Origin: Marinicella sp. | GTDB taxonomy: Bacteria > Pseudomonadota > Gammaproteobacteria > Xanthomonadales > Marinicellaceae | Length of the DNA stretch: 64,000 nucleotides | Direction of reading: 5' to 3' | Assembly: GCA_965230295.1 (NCBI GenBank) | Contig: OZ246001.1 | Coordinates: 1,568,001 to 1,632,000 of the forward strand | In this document: positions 40,270 to 50,375 of the stretch, piece by piece | Layout: the number at the start of each line of letters is the position of its first letter | Numbering within the stretch: position 1 is the stretch's first letter | Notes under the pieces: generated by a model | The model's input: the letters and a program-made list of their open reading frames with translations, nothing else | Told to the model about the DNA's origin: nothing | The model's database searches: none | Position numbers and translations under genes: made by a program

Positions 40270-41727
40270 ATGAAGTTAAACAGCAAATCCTTGTTGGCCA
40301 TCATTTTTACTGTCCTGGGCTTGTTTGCCCTGGTCATGGTGTTGATTCTGGCTGAGAAGCTATTGGCCATCTGGGATTACCTCCAATCTGCACCCCTGTG
40401 GGTGACGGTCATGTATGCGGCCCTGATCGTGGTGGTTACCAGCATACCCGTTTGGTTGTTTGTTAAATTAACCAGGCCTAAAGTCAAAACCGAACCACAA
40501 GTACAGGTGCTTGATGAACAAAGCTTGGAACAAGCCATCCAACAAGAACAACTGCGCGGTGTGGACACTCAGGCTGCTGATGCCGAGATGCTTGAACTGC
40601 GAGAACGCCGATCCAGCGGGCAGTTCCACATCAGTTTGTTCGGCAGTGCTTCAACCGGAAAAACCAGCCTCATTCAATCTTTAATTCCTGATGCCCATGT
40701 GAAAACCGATGTGGTCAAGGGTACCACCATTGCAGCTCAACACCACAGTTATGGGCAACTGGAAATAACCGATTTGCCTGGCTTTGATGCGGTGGGACAA
40801 GATGAACTGACCCAGCTGGCACTCGAAGAAAGCCAACGGGCCCATGTGGTGGTGTTTTTACTCAATACCGACTTGGCCAGAAGCGAAATGTTGCTGTTTG
40901 AAAAACTCAATGAATGGCACAAACCCATGGTGCTGGCTTTGAATAAAGTCGATGTGTATAGCAATGAACAATTACAACAAATCACAGCGGCCATCGAACA
41001 AAAAACCCGACAACTTTTTCCAGTGGTGATGATCAACACAGGCGGATTTCAAGAGGTCGTCGTCGAACAAGCCGATGGCAGCCAACAACATCGCACCCAA
41101 GCGGTGCAACCCAACATCAAACCACTGATCGATGCCATCGAACAAGTGGTCAGTGACAACCCTGAAGCCTTGCATCGCTTTCGCGATGCCGGCATCCTGA
41201 TGTTGGCCGAACAGAAGCTCAATGCGGCCAGCAGAGAACACAACCAAACAGTGGCAGCAGAAACCATAGACCGCCACACCAAACGCGCCATTGTTGGGGC
41301 GCTGGCATCTGTGGCGCCAGGTTCAGACCTGGTGATTCAAGGAACCATTGGTACCCAATTGGTGCGAGAATTGTGTCAGTTGTATGATGTACAAGTGAAT
41401 CAACTGCAGGTCGATGAAGTTTTGAAATCAGCCGGTGGTAAATTACGCACATCAACCTCGTTGGTATTAGCAGTGGCCGGCAATGCACTGAAAGCCTTTC
41501 CTGGTGTTGGAACCGCAGCTGGCGGCATCATGCATGCTGTGGCCTATGGCATGATATTCAATTCACTGGGTAAAGCGGTGCTCACCAGCGTCAGCACCCA
41601 AGGACGACTTGACACCGAACAAACCAAACAGACTTTTGAGGAAAATTTACTTGGCTCATCCAAAGAACTGGCTAAAGATCTGGCAAAAATGGCGCTCAGA
41701 CTCAGCCGCGAAAAAAGCAGCCGCTAA
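40270..41727 (+). CDS. Membrane-anchored GTPase with C-terminal DUF697/YcjF-like domain
   Basis: Two N-terminal TM helices; G1 GSASTGKT, G3 DLPG, G4 NKVD; Gly/Ala-rich hydrophobic C-terminal region. Confidence 0.8.
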   Translation: MKLNSKSLLAIIFTVLGLFALVMVLILAEKLLAIWDYLQSAPLWVTVMYAALIVVVTSIPVWLFVKLTRPKVKTEPQVQVLDEQSLEQAIQQEQLRGVDTQAADAEMLELRERRSSGQFHISLFGSASTGKTSLIQSLIPDAHVKTDVVKGTTIAAQHHSYGQLEITDLPGFDAVGQDELTQLALEESQRAHVVVFLLNTDLARSEMLLFEKLNEWHKPMVLALNKVDVYSNEQLQQITAAIEQKTRQLFPVVMINTGGFQEVVVEQADGSQQHRTQAVQPNIKPLIDAIEQVVSDNPEALHRFRDAGILMLAEQKLNAASREHNQTVAAETIDRHTKRAIVGALASVAPGSDLVIQGTIGTQLVRELCQLYDVQVNQLQVDEVLKSAGGKLRTSTSLVLAVAGNALKAFPGVGTAAGGIMHAVAYGMIFNSLGKAVLTSVSTQGRLDTEQTKQTFEENLLGSSKELAKDLAKMALRLSREKSSR

Positions 41728-43069
41728 CAATCAACCTGCTGCGGCTGCCGATGGGGCTGGGAGCCCTGAAAATTCAGAACCGCCCAGTGATGCCATCAGA
41801 ACGGTCAATGAACAGGCTTTAAGCAGTCTGCGTCAGTTGCTGCATGACCCCAAAATTCCAACCACCGTACGCCATCAGTTACAATCTGAATACCAGAACA
41901 TCAAGCGCTTGATTGACAAGCTTGAGAACGAACAAATTCACATCGTCACTTTCGGTAAAGTCAGCACCGGCAAATCATCACTGCTCAATGCCATCAGTGG
42001 CCAAAATCACTTCAAAGTCAGCCCATTGCACGGTGAAACCAAACACACCAATCATTTGGACTGGCCCTCTTATGAACAACAGTCTGTGGTGTTGATTGAT
42101 ACACCAGGCACCGATGAATTTGATGGTGAAGAACGTGAGTTGATGGCCCAACAGGCCGCTAAACAAGCCGATGTCATTTTGTTTGTGCTGGATGGCGACA
42201 TCAGCGAGTCACAAAAACAACAGCTGGAAATCATTGCCCAACCGAATAAACCGATCATCCTGGTGTTGAACAAAGCGGATTTATATACCTATGATGAAAT
42301 TGAGCGGATTAAAAAGTCAATCGCTGAAAAGACCCAAGGGATCAACAGCCAAATCGTGGCAATATCTGCCGACCCAAGACCACGCACGCTGATTGTAGAA
42401 TTGGCCGATGGCAGCCGTCAGGAAAAGGTGGAAAAACCACCTGCGCACATTGATGAATTGAAACAATTGATTTGGGAATTGCTGGATAAAGAAGGCAAAA
42501 CCATCACCGCCTTGAATGCCAGTTTGTTTGCTGGAGAAGTGTCTGAAAATGTGGCCAAAAAAGTGATTGAAGCACGCCAACAGGCGGGGCAAAAAATCAT
42601 CCGCACCTACAGCATGGCCAAAGGCATTGGTGTGGCATTCAATCCCATTCCGGTGGCAGACTTGTTATTTGCGGCTGGTCTTGATGTGGCGATGATCAGA
42701 CAGTTATCCAAGTTGTATGGTTTGTCATTAGGGAAGGTTGAAGCCACCAAGCTGACCACTTCCATCATGGCCCAACTGGCGGTTTTGATGGGTGCCGTTT
42801 GGGGGGTTAATTTACTCTCTTCAGCGATGAAAACAGTCAGTGCCGGCTTGTCCACAACGCTCACTGCCACGGCGCAAGGCTCATTGGCTTACTATGCCAC
42901 ATATTTGGTTGGACAAATTGCTGAATATTACTTTGTTCAAGGCAACTCTTGGGGCAAAGAAGGCCCCAAAACAGTGGCCAAAAACATCGTTAAAAATCTG
43001 GACAGGAATTCGATTTTACTGGAAGCCCGGGAACAAATACTGAAAACATTGAACCGAAAGCCGTCTTAG
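41651..43069 (+). CDS. GTPase with C-terminal DUF697/YcjF-like domain (paralogue)
   Basis: G1 GKVSTGKS, G3 DTPG, G4 NKAD; NPIPVADL motif; TTG start inferred from the GAGG RBS; overlaps the upstream gene. Confidence 0.82.
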   Translation: MAHPKNWLKIWQKWRSDSAAKKAAANNQPAAAADGAGSPENSEPPSDAIRTVNEQALSSLRQLLHDPKIPTTVRHQLQSEYQNIKRLIDKLENEQIHIVTFGKVSTGKSSLLNAISGQNHFKVSPLHGETKHTNHLDWPSYEQQSVVLIDTPGTDEFDGEERELMAQQAAKQADVILFVLDGDISESQKQQLEIIAQPNKPIILVLNKADLYTYDEIERIKKSIAEKTQGINSQIVAISADPRPRTLIVELADGSRQEKVEKPPAHIDELKQLIWELLDKEGKTITALNASLFAGEVSENVAKKVIEARQQAGQKIIRTYSMAKGIGVAFNPIPVADLLFAAGLDVAMIRQLSKLYGLSLGKVEATKLTTSIMAQLAVLMGAVWGVNLLSSAMKTVSAGLSTTLTATAQGSLAYYATYLVGQIAEYYFVQGNSWGKEGPKTVAKNIVKNLDRNSILLEAREQILKTLNRKPS

Positions 43070-43087
43070 AAACGGACCTAAATAAGC

Positions 43088-43462
43088 TTATTGGCAGGAC
43101 TTAATCAGATGGTCTAATCTGAATTTTGATTTGAAATTCTTGCTGGCCAGATAGAAACCACCCACCACGGTATCTTCATGTTCATGCTGCTTAAGCCACA
43201 ATAGTTCAGCAATGACCTTGATGTATTGCTTCTCGCTTTTGCCGTTTTCGACCACCAAAGTGACTTCGAGTATCTGGTTCAAATACATCTCCTTGTTGAG
43301 CCTCAATTGCATGCCTGCTTTATTGAAATTCACGACTGTGCCAATCAATTCATGTGATTCTGAATCAAAAACCTGGATGGCATTGTTGGGCTCAATGCGG
43401 GCAGCACGCTCAACAAATGCATGGGTTTTTGCGTTCATCATTTCTGCTGTTTCTAGATTCAT
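43088..43462 (-). CDS. PilZ-like domain protein
   Basis: ERAAR and NFNKAG resemble the RxxxR and D/NxSxxG motifs (second one degenerate). Confidence 0.65.
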   Translation of the reverse strand: MNLETAEMMNAKTHAFVERAARIEPNNAIQVFDSESHELIGTVVNFNKAGMQLRLNKEMYLNQILEVTLVVENGKSEKQYIKVIAELLWLKQHEHEDTVVGGFYLASKNFKSKFRLDHLIKSCQ

Positions 43463-43955
43463 GTGTTGCTCCTGTTGATACAATTATTTTATGACAAAAG
43501 CACACCAACTGGCCAAGAAACCGGGTTAAACATTGTTACATTCTGATCATTTGGACCCGCAGGCCGCATCGGCCATCAAGTGCGCATTGATGAAGTAACA
43601 AATTTTGTTACTTTTTTTCAAAACAGGGCTACGTAATTTCCGCATTTGTATCGGAGACAACCGACACCTGGCATTCAAATTTCAACCAAATCCTGATCAT
43701 TCAATGGTTATGACTATTTTCTATATACGCAGAATAGACACTTAGCAATTTTTGCGATGAAGAATACAGTGGGGCTGTAAGTCATTGACATGTACAAATT
43801 GGATTAAGAGCGAGAAGATCCAGCTGTAAAGTCAATACCTGGAACAACCACGCGAAAGCTGACAGTCTGTTTACCAATTGATGGATTGGATTTTGTGTTT
43901 TTAAACCTTTTTTGTTCATGTTTTATCCATTAAATATGAGGAGGTAAATTCTGTC

Positions 43956-44654
43956 ATGAACAAAAATCAATCAACTAAAGTATGCAGTGCCATGGCCCTG
44001 CTGTTACTGGCTTCAGCCACAACACAAGCAGAAGTCAGCACCAATTTTTCAATGGTTTCTGACTATGTGTTCCGTGGCATCTCACAATCTCAAGAAGACC
44101 CCACGGTACAAGGTGGCTTCGACTGGGCCCATGAATCTGGGTTTTACCTGGGAACTTGGGCTTCAGGCGTTGATTTCGTCGGTGCGGGTGATGACGATGG
44201 TGCCGATGTCGAATGGGACTTGTACCTGGGTTATGGTGGCAGCATCAATGTAGATTGGAGCTGGGATGTCAGCTATGTACAGTACCTGTATCCGGGCACT
44301 GTCTCAGGCGTAGACTACGATTACGGTGAAGCCTTGGTTTCATTCGGGTATAAAGAGCTGGTGGGATTGACCCTGGGTTATGCCAATGACGTGTTCAACT
44401 CAGATGAAACGGGCATTTATTATGAAGTTTCAGGTGGTTCCGACCTCGGTTCAGATGGTTGGAGTTGGAATGCGGCTGTCGGTCATTACGATTTGGATGA
44501 CCTCAACAGCTCATACACCCATTATTCAATTGGCGTAGCCAAAGCCTTAGAGAAACTCTCCGTTGGATTGACTTTACATGATTCAGATGGCGATGATGAG
44601 TTCGGTGACATCGCTGAAGCCAGAGCCGTGCTCTCTGTATCTACCGAGTTTTGA
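43956..44654 (+). CDS. TorF/TIGR02001-like outer-membrane protein
   Basis: Signal peptide, SDYVFRGISQ, QGGFD, GFYLGTWAS, EWDLYLGY, terminal Phe; GAGGAGG RBS. Confidence 0.85.
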   Translation: MNKNQSTKVCSAMALLLLASATTQAEVSTNFSMVSDYVFRGISQSQEDPTVQGGFDWAHESGFYLGTWASGVDFVGAGDDDGADVEWDLYLGYGGSINVDWSWDVSYVQYLYPGTVSGVDYDYGEALVSFGYKELVGLTLGYANDVFNSDETGIYYEVSGGSDLGSDGWSWNAAVGHYDLDDLNSSYTHYSIGVAKALEKLSVGLTLHDSDGDDEFGDIAEARAVLSVSTEF

Positions 44655-44689
44655 TCACAATTTTTTATGCACTCAATGAGTGTTTTGCT

Positions 44690-44729
44690 CGGCCTCATCA
44701 ACTGACCCTTGAGATGAGGCCGCTTTTTT
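44690..44729 (+). terminator. Intrinsic terminator
   Basis: CGGCCTCATC...GATGAGGCCG followed by a T-tract. Confidence 0.75.
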
Positions 44730-44732
44730 AAT

Positions 44733-44951
44733 TCATTGTTCCAAAGGCGATTGATTTTTCAAAGCGTTGATGCGTTTGGTTTCTTCAAAATCCTTGGGGT
44801 TGTTGGCCAGAATGCGCTGAGATTTTGCGATGTCCTGCAAGCTGTCATTGATTTGTTCAGCTTGGCGCAGGATTTTATAAAAAAAGGCCGCCATCAAAAT
44901 AAACAACGACACCACCACAAACAACAGTGCCAATACATCCGGTTGGTTCAT
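44733..44951 (-). CDS. Small single-pass membrane protein
   Basis: GAGG RBS, N-terminal hydrophobic helix, coiled-coil-like tail; no family recognised. Confidence 0.55.
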   Translation of the reverse strand: MNQPDVLALLFVVVSLFILMAAFFYKILRQAEQINDSLQDIAKSQRILANNPKDFEETKRINALKNQSPLEQ

Positions 44952-45011
44952 TTGTTCACCTCAAATACAGATTGTTCAAGTATACGTCAGCCCTCTACAA
45001 TCACCAAGCCA

Positions 45012-45139
45012 TTCACTGAGCGGAGTCGACGTGTAAACCTATTTATTCCATCAAACATCAGATTGAGGCGGCTTCGACTCCGCTCAGCCAGCGGAAGACC
45101 ACATATCATCAAACCCGTTCACTGAGCGGAGTCGAAGTG
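45012..45139. repeat. Cluster of three family A REP units
   Basis: TTCACTGAGCGGAGTCGACGTG (45012), GGCTTCGACTCCGCTCAGCCAGCGG (45070), CCGTTCACTGAGCGGAGTCGAAGTG (45115). Confidence 0.88.
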
Positions 45140-45292
45140 GACTTAGTCTGGAAACAACCCAAACCACTCATTCAACAATTAAACAAGCTCATCAAAAGTG
45201 TATTCAAAGAACTGTTTGTTTTGTGTGCAACCTATTTTTTTGCATACCAAGATGATTGATTTCTGAAGCCGACTCAGCCAGAATGACGCGCT

Positions 45293-47179
45293 ATGATTCA
45301 ATTGACCAACCTTTCTTTGCGACGTGGCCATAAAGTCTTGTTTGAAGAGGCCACATTAAGCATCCACCCAGGACAAAAAGTCGGCTTGACCGGCGCCAAT
45401 GGCACCGGAAAATCAAGCCTGTTTGCCTTGTTCATGGGTCAGTTGCAAGCCGATCTGGGTGACTGCAGCGTACCGAAACACTGGCAGATTGCTCACGTCA
45501 AACAGGAAACCCCTGCCTTGGATCAATCAGCTCTGGATTATGTGCTGGATGGTGATGTGGTGTATAGATCCATTGAACAACAAATTGAGCAAGCCACGGC
45601 CGATGAAGCCCATGAGCAATTGGGTGAGTTGTATGCAGAGATGGAACGCATAGGTGGTTATGCCGCCCATGCCAAAGCCGGTCGCTTATTACATGGCCTG
45701 GGTTTTGCCGCAGGTGAAGAATTGCATTCGGTCAAATCCTTTTCAGGTGGCTGGCGCATGCGATTGAATCTCGCCCAAGCATTGATGTGTCCCTCAGATT
45801 TGTTGTTACTCGATGAGCCCACCAACCACTTGGATCTCGAAGCTGTGGTGTGGTTACAAGATTGGCTGAAACGCTACGAAGGGACCTTGGTGTTGATTTC
45901 ACATGACCGTGACTTTCTGGATGGGGTGATAAAGTTCATCTTGCACATTGAGCATGAAAAACTCAAGCAGTACACCGGTAATTATTCAGCCTTTGAAAAA
46001 ATCCGCACCGAGCAACTGGCCTTGCAACAAGCGATGTTTGAAAAACAGCAGAAACAAATTGCCCACATGCAATCTTATGTGGACCGTTTTCGCTACAAAG
46101 CCAGCAAAGCCAAACAGGCCCAGTCTCGACTGAAGGCTTTGGAACGCATGGACACCATTGCTGCCGCTCAAGTGGAAAACCCCTTTCATTTTGAATTCTA
46201 CCCATGCCAAAATCTCAAACACCAGATCGTTGAATTGGAGCATGCCGACATCGGCTATGGCGATCACCTGGTGTTTCAAGATTTAACCTTTTCTGTGACT
46301 GCAGGTGCTCGCATTGGTCTGTTAGGCCGCAATGGTGCAGGCAAATCAACCTTGATCAAAGCCATGTCTGGAGAAAAGGAACTGCAAAGTGGTGAGCTTA
46401 AAACAGCCAAAGACCTCCACATTGGTTATTTTGCACAACACCAATTAGAACAGTTAGACCCCCAATCCACAGCGATAGAACATGTGATGCAGCTGGATGC
46501 CAAAATCAACAGCACCGCAGCCACTGAACAAGCGGTGAAAAACTTCCTCGGTGGATTTGGCTTCCAGGGAGAAAAAGCCGACACCCCGATCAAGCCCTTT
46601 TCTGGCGGAGAAAAAGCACGCTTGGCTTTGGCCCTGATTGTCTATCAGCGCCCTGACTTGTTGTTGCTGGATGAGCCGACCAACCACTTGGACCTGAACA
46701 TGCGTGACGCCATCAGTTTCGCCTTGCAAAGCTATGAAGGCGCCGTGATCCTGGTCTCGCATGATAAACACATGCTCAATTCAGTGATCGATGAAATGGT
46801 TTACATCGATCGCGGGCAGATCCACCCCTTTGATGGCGATTTGGACGGTTACCAAAGTTTCATCAAAGCACAGATCAAAGCAGCTGAAGCTGAAGAACAA
46901 GCACAATCAGGGCAAGCTGATGTGGTGTCAATCAGCAAAAAGCAAAACCACAAAGCCAACAAAGCGGCCAAGAATCGTTTGAAAAAACTCGAAAGGATGG
47001 TCGATGATTACACGCAAAAACTGGTCGATGTCACAGCCAAATTGGGATCTGAAGACATCTACGAACCGGAGAATGTCCATGAACTCACCCTCTGTTTGAA
47101 CCAGTCCAAAGAGTTAAAAATGAAACTGGATGAAGCCGAAAACGAATGGATGGTACTCAGTGAGGAGTTGGAAGGGTGA
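45293..47179 (+). CDS. ABC-F family ATPase (YheS-like)
   Basis: Two ABC domains (GANGTGKS/FSGGWRMR and GRNGAGKS/FSGGEKAR), LLDEPTNHLD twice, no TM helices. Confidence 0.92.
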   Translation: MIQLTNLSLRRGHKVLFEEATLSIHPGQKVGLTGANGTGKSSLFALFMGQLQADLGDCSVPKHWQIAHVKQETPALDQSALDYVLDGDVVYRSIEQQIEQATADEAHEQLGELYAEMERIGGYAAHAKAGRLLHGLGFAAGEELHSVKSFSGGWRMRLNLAQALMCPSDLLLLDEPTNHLDLEAVVWLQDWLKRYEGTLVLISHDRDFLDGVIKFILHIEHEKLKQYTGNYSAFEKIRTEQLALQQAMFEKQQKQIAHMQSYVDRFRYKASKAKQAQSRLKALERMDTIAAAQVENPFHFEFYPCQNLKHQIVELEHADIGYGDHLVFQDLTFSVTAGARIGLLGRNGAGKSTLIKAMSGEKELQSGELKTAKDLHIGYFAQHQLEQLDPQSTAIEHVMQLDAKINSTAATEQAVKNFLGGFGFQGEKADTPIKPFSGGEKARLALALIVYQRPDLLLLDEPTNHLDLNMRDAISFALQSYEGAVILVSHDKHMLNSVIDEMVYIDRGQIHPFDGDLDGYQSFIKAQIKAAEAEEQAQSGQADVVSISKKQNHKANKAAKNRLKKLERMVDDYTQKLVDVTAKLGSEDIYEPENVHELTLCLNQSKELKMKLDEAENEWMVLSEELEG

Positions 47180-47192
47180 TGGTCTCCCCTTT

Positions 47193-47624
47193 TCAAACCA
47201 CCTGACAGCCTGACAAGCCCTGTTCAAAACAATCCTTGGGCAACAAACCCAATTGGCAGTACAAGCCCATAAAATCGATGTGATTGTAAGCCTGTTGGAT
47301 TTGGCCTTGGCGTATTTCCACGTGGACATTGCCTGAAAAGCTGACTGCTTGGTTGTTGGCCCGGGCTCGGGCATCAATGGTGATCAATGCAGAAATCCAG
47401 TCTCCTTGTTCTATGTGGTGATCGATTGAAATTTTAAAATCTTTCAACAGTTCACTCATGGCATGATGAAAGACTTTGAAGTCTTTAGGACCCACCAATG
47501 TTTGTTTGTCTAAACCTCGGGCACGTCCAGCATCCACAAACAACTCATCAATGGCAGCCACTTCCTGGTCCGTCCGCACACGCTGCATCCACGCTTCCAT
47601 CAAAGCCAACTTTTCTGACATCAT
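47193..47624 (-). CDS. SnoaL-like/ester cyclase family protein
   Basis: NTF2-like pattern (AAIDELF...GPKDFK...IEQGDW...GQI...DFMGLYCQLG). Confidence 0.75.
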   Translation of the reverse strand: MMSEKLALMEAWMQRVRTDQEVAAIDELFVDAGRARGLDKQTLVGPKDFKVFHHAMSELLKDFKISIDHHIEQGDWISALITIDARARANNQAVSFSGNVHVEIRQGQIQQAYNHIDFMGLYCQLGLLPKDCFEQGLSGCQVV

Positions 47625-47700
47625 CACACCCTTTCTGTTATTAAGGACATTTATTATGTCACAATTTACACAATTGAACAAAGGGCTGATTAGATCATCA

Positions 47701-47736
47701 AAAAGACACTGGATACCGGCTTTCGCCGGTATGACG
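47701..47736. repeat. Single CGTC-type repeat (family B)
   Basis: AAAGACACTGGATACCGGCTTTCGCCGGTATGACG, nearly identical to 12084-12118. Confidence 0.8.
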
Positions 47737-47792
47737 ATATAACCAACTCAAGTGATTTCTGAGCTTATCTTCGTTTTTGAATAAACTAAAAC

Positions 47793-48179
47793 TTATATTG
47801 ACAGCAGCTGTTCTCTCAAGGCTTTAAGATCTTCAATGATGGCTTGTTGCTCTTTGGCCAAAGGCTGATTGAATTTCTGTTCCATTGATTTCGGGTATTG
47901 GTCCAAATTAAGCTCCATGGTCTCAAGTGCCAACAATTCAGGTTCATTGACGGCTGTCAATTCAGTGTTTTGCCAAGTCAGCCATGTCAAAACGGTCAGG
48001 CAGATGGCCGCTGCAACAGCCACCAGCCCAAGTTTCGGTGCTCTGCGGTGTTGAGTGGGTTGGTTGGCCAGCAGCGTCGCCATGTTCTGACTGAAATCTT
48101 TTTCTTGAAGTCGAGCCGCTGCCTGGTCCTGAATGGCCTTGGCATCTTGTTTGAGCTGTTTCTCTAAATCTGGATTCAT
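47793..48179 (-). CDS. Putative anti-sigma factor (single TM)
   Basis: Directly downstream of an ECF sigma gene; central TM helix (VAVAAAICL). Confidence 0.55.
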   Translation of the reverse strand: MNPDLEKQLKQDAKAIQDQAAARLQEKDFSQNMATLLANQPTQHRRAPKLGLVAVAAAICLTVLTWLTWQNTELTAVNEPELLALETMELNLDQYPKSMEQKFNQPLAKEQQAIIEDLKALREQLLSI

Positions 48180-48180
48180 G

Positions 48181-48711
48181 TTATTTCGCCTCCAACAACA
48201 ACCCGAGTTCACTGTTGTTGCTGAGTTTCATTTTACTTCGATGTAAATTGGTTTTCACCCAAGATTCTGACTGATTCATGATGTGTGCGATTTCTTTGAT
48301 GCTGGCTTGTTCGACATAAAAGAACCACAACACATCATAGTTCTTGGGTGAAACATCTTGTTTGATGATGTTCCAAATATTGTTCTGGTCCACAGCAAAA
48401 GGGTCTTCTTCCGTCATATACTCTTGACCAGAAACAGCCTCAATGGCCGTGTGATAAACGGTTTTCAGTTTACTGAGAATCCTTCTGGCAATGGTGAACA
48501 ACCAAGTACTGAACTGCCACTGTGCATCATAGGTTTTCAGGTACTTAAAGGCGCTGATGAAAGTTTCCTGGAGCACATCATCCGCATCGAACCTGTTCTG
48601 GCAACGGGCCAACAAATAACTGTACAGACGCGCTTGGTAAGAAGCCACCAACTGCGTGAAGCAATTGGTGGCACCTTGTTGCGCTTGTTTGATCAGTTGC
48701 TGTTCAGTCAC
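48181..48711 (-). CDS. ECF RNA polymerase sigma factor
   Basis: DADDVLQETF, FSTWLFTIAR, SIKEIA...VKTNLHR; GTG start inferred from the GAGG RBS. Confidence 0.9.
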   Translation of the reverse strand: MTEQQLIKQAQQGATNCFTQLVASYQARLYSYLLARCQNRFDADDVLQETFISAFKYLKTYDAQWQFSTWLFTIARRILSKLKTVYHTAIEAVSGQEYMTEEDPFAVDQNNIWNIIKQDVSPKNYDVLWFFYVEQASIKEIAHIMNQSESWVKTNLHRSKMKLSNNSELGLLLEAK

Positions 48712-48721
48712 AGACCGATCC

Positions 48722-49618
48722 TCAATCGAAATCAACCTCAGGAATCATGCTCATTGGAAACCCAGTGCTGATCAACAAGTCATTTCCCTGGTTACTGATA
48801 GACAGTCCAGACATCAAAGCAGCCAATACTGGTTTGTCATCATTCATGTTTGATAATGCATTCATGGCAATCAAACCATTGATCACTTGCTCCAACTGTT
48901 TTGCTGTGGCTTCGTCTGCTGTAGACAGTGCGGCGTCAATACTCAGGTTTTGCTCAGCTTCATACAAACTGGCTGAGAACTGTGTGACTTTTTGGAACAC
49001 CGCTGAATTGAATGGCCTGCTGTTGCTCTTCAAGTCTGCACCCATATGGGCCATGGCAGATTCAATGTTGACCAACAATGACACCATGCCTGAATTGTTC
49101 AGATCATATGTGCTGTAACTGTCAGCAGCCCAATTTTTGACTTCTGCTTCATCGAAACTCACCACAATGGTTTCATCGCTCAACTTGGTGCTAAAAAAAG
49201 ATTTGGTTTTGTTGTCACCACTGACTCTGAATTCTTCGACCACTTGCCCATTGTGTTTATAGGTGTTAAACAAACCCACATTGATGTCTTTGTCTGATTC
49301 GACCAAATACATCAAATTATTGATGAAGTCATTCAAGGTGAATTGACTGAAATCACCATGGAGAACCAATGATAAATCATCTTCTGCTTCACTGTGTCCA
49401 TAGGCCGTGATTTGCTTCACTTCATGAGGCAGGTGTTCGTTGATGGAAAAATCTGCGTGTGCCTCTTTGTGTTGAGGAATCAAAGGGACTATCTTGGTAC
49501 GTACTTGCTCAACATCCACAGAAAAATACCAATTGGCCTCATCATATGGGCTGGCCTGGGTGTTGATTGACAAGGCCAATGTGGCCATTAAAAATAGGTT
49601 GGTTAATGTTTTTTTCAT
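48722..49618 (-). CDS. Secreted hypothetical protein, first gene of the ECF operon
   Basis: Signal peptide MKKTLTNLFLMATLALSINTQA; GGAG RBS. Confidence 0.75.
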   Translation of the reverse strand: MKKTLTNLFLMATLALSINTQASPYDEANWYFSVDVEQVRTKIVPLIPQHKEAHADFSINEHLPHEVKQITAYGHSEAEDDLSLVLHGDFSQFTLNDFINNLMYLVESDKDINVGLFNTYKHNGQVVEEFRVSGDNKTKSFFSTKLSDETIVVSFDEAEVKNWAADSYSTYDLNNSGMVSLLVNIESAMAHMGADLKSNSRPFNSAVFQKVTQFSASLYEAEQNLSIDAALSTADEATAKQLEQVINGLIAMNALSNMNDDKPVLAALMSGLSISNQGNDLLISTGFPMSMIPEVDFD

Positions 49619-49784
49619 ATCATGCTCCGATTCAATACTATTAGATATGAAAACTTATAGGCTTGGTAACTGCCAAAGGTTACAAATATGTGAAATTAAT
49701 TTCGTTCGCTTAGACGCAAGAAAGCTGCTGAGCCAGTAGGTGAGCATAGCGAATCACCACAAAGCGAATTTCAGTGAGCAGTTA

Positions 49785-49865
49785 GGCTTCGACTCCGTTT
49801 GTTATGAGTTGGCTGAATGTCTCAGCCTGCAAGACACCCGTTCACTGAGCGGAGTCGAAGTGAAC
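49785..49865. repeat. Family A REP doublet left of the GIY-YIG gene
   Basis: GGCTTCGACTCCG[23-nt insert]CTCAGCC...CCGTTCACTGAGCGGAGTCGAAGTGAAC. Confidence 0.88.
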
Positions 49866-49931
49866 TTGAGTGAAACACTAATTTCAGTATCTCTGATATG
49901 TTAAAGTAAATGAGTCTATAAGGAATTGATT

Positions 49932-50246
49932 ATGAATGGATACGTTTACATACTCGAATGCAGTGATGGCAGTTTTTATACTGGCAGCACAAAAGATATT
50001 GAGCAACGTATCTGGCAGCATCAGAATGGACAAGGTGCAAAATATACCCAAAAAAGGCTGCCTGTAAAACTTGTATATATTGAACATTGTTTTAGAATCG
50101 ATGATGCTTACCACAGGGAAGGACAAATAAAAGGATGGAGCAAGAAGAAGAAACTGGCTTTGATAAACAATAATTTAGAAGCTCTAAAAGCCTATTCCAT
50201 TTGTTTGAATAACAGCCATCATATGAACCAAGATCCCATTGATTAG
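49932..50246 (+). CDS. Stand-alone GIY-YIG nuclease (YhbQ/UPF0213-like)
   Basis: YVYILECSDGSFYTGST, R..QHQNGQGAKYT, AYHREGQIKGWSKKKKLALI; AGGA RBS. Confidence 0.92.
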   Translation: MNGYVYILECSDGSFYTGSTKDIEQRIWQHQNGQGAKYTQKRLPVKLVYIEHCFRIDDAYHREGQIKGWSKKKKLALINNNLEALKAYSICLNNSHHMNQDPID

Positions 50247-50248
50247 CA

Positions 50249-50375
50249 GGCTTCGACTCCGCTCAGCCAGCGGTAATCCCTAATCTAAACTTTTGGCTTC
50301 GGCTCCGTTTGTCATGAGCATGTCGAATGGCTCAGCCAGCGCGATTTCCGTTCACTGAGCGGAGTCGAAGTGAAC
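50249..50375. repeat. Three family A REP units right of the GIY-YIG gene
   Basis: Intact forward unit at 50249, interrupted forward unit at 50295, inverted unit at 50348. Confidence 0.88.

Noticed and set aside
43820-43870. c-di-GMP-I riboswitch-like stretch (CACGCGAAAGCTGACAGTCT) near the PilZ and TorF genes
   Set aside because: The GGCAAACC...GAAA P2 element and convincing P1 pairing are missing; needs an Infernal scan
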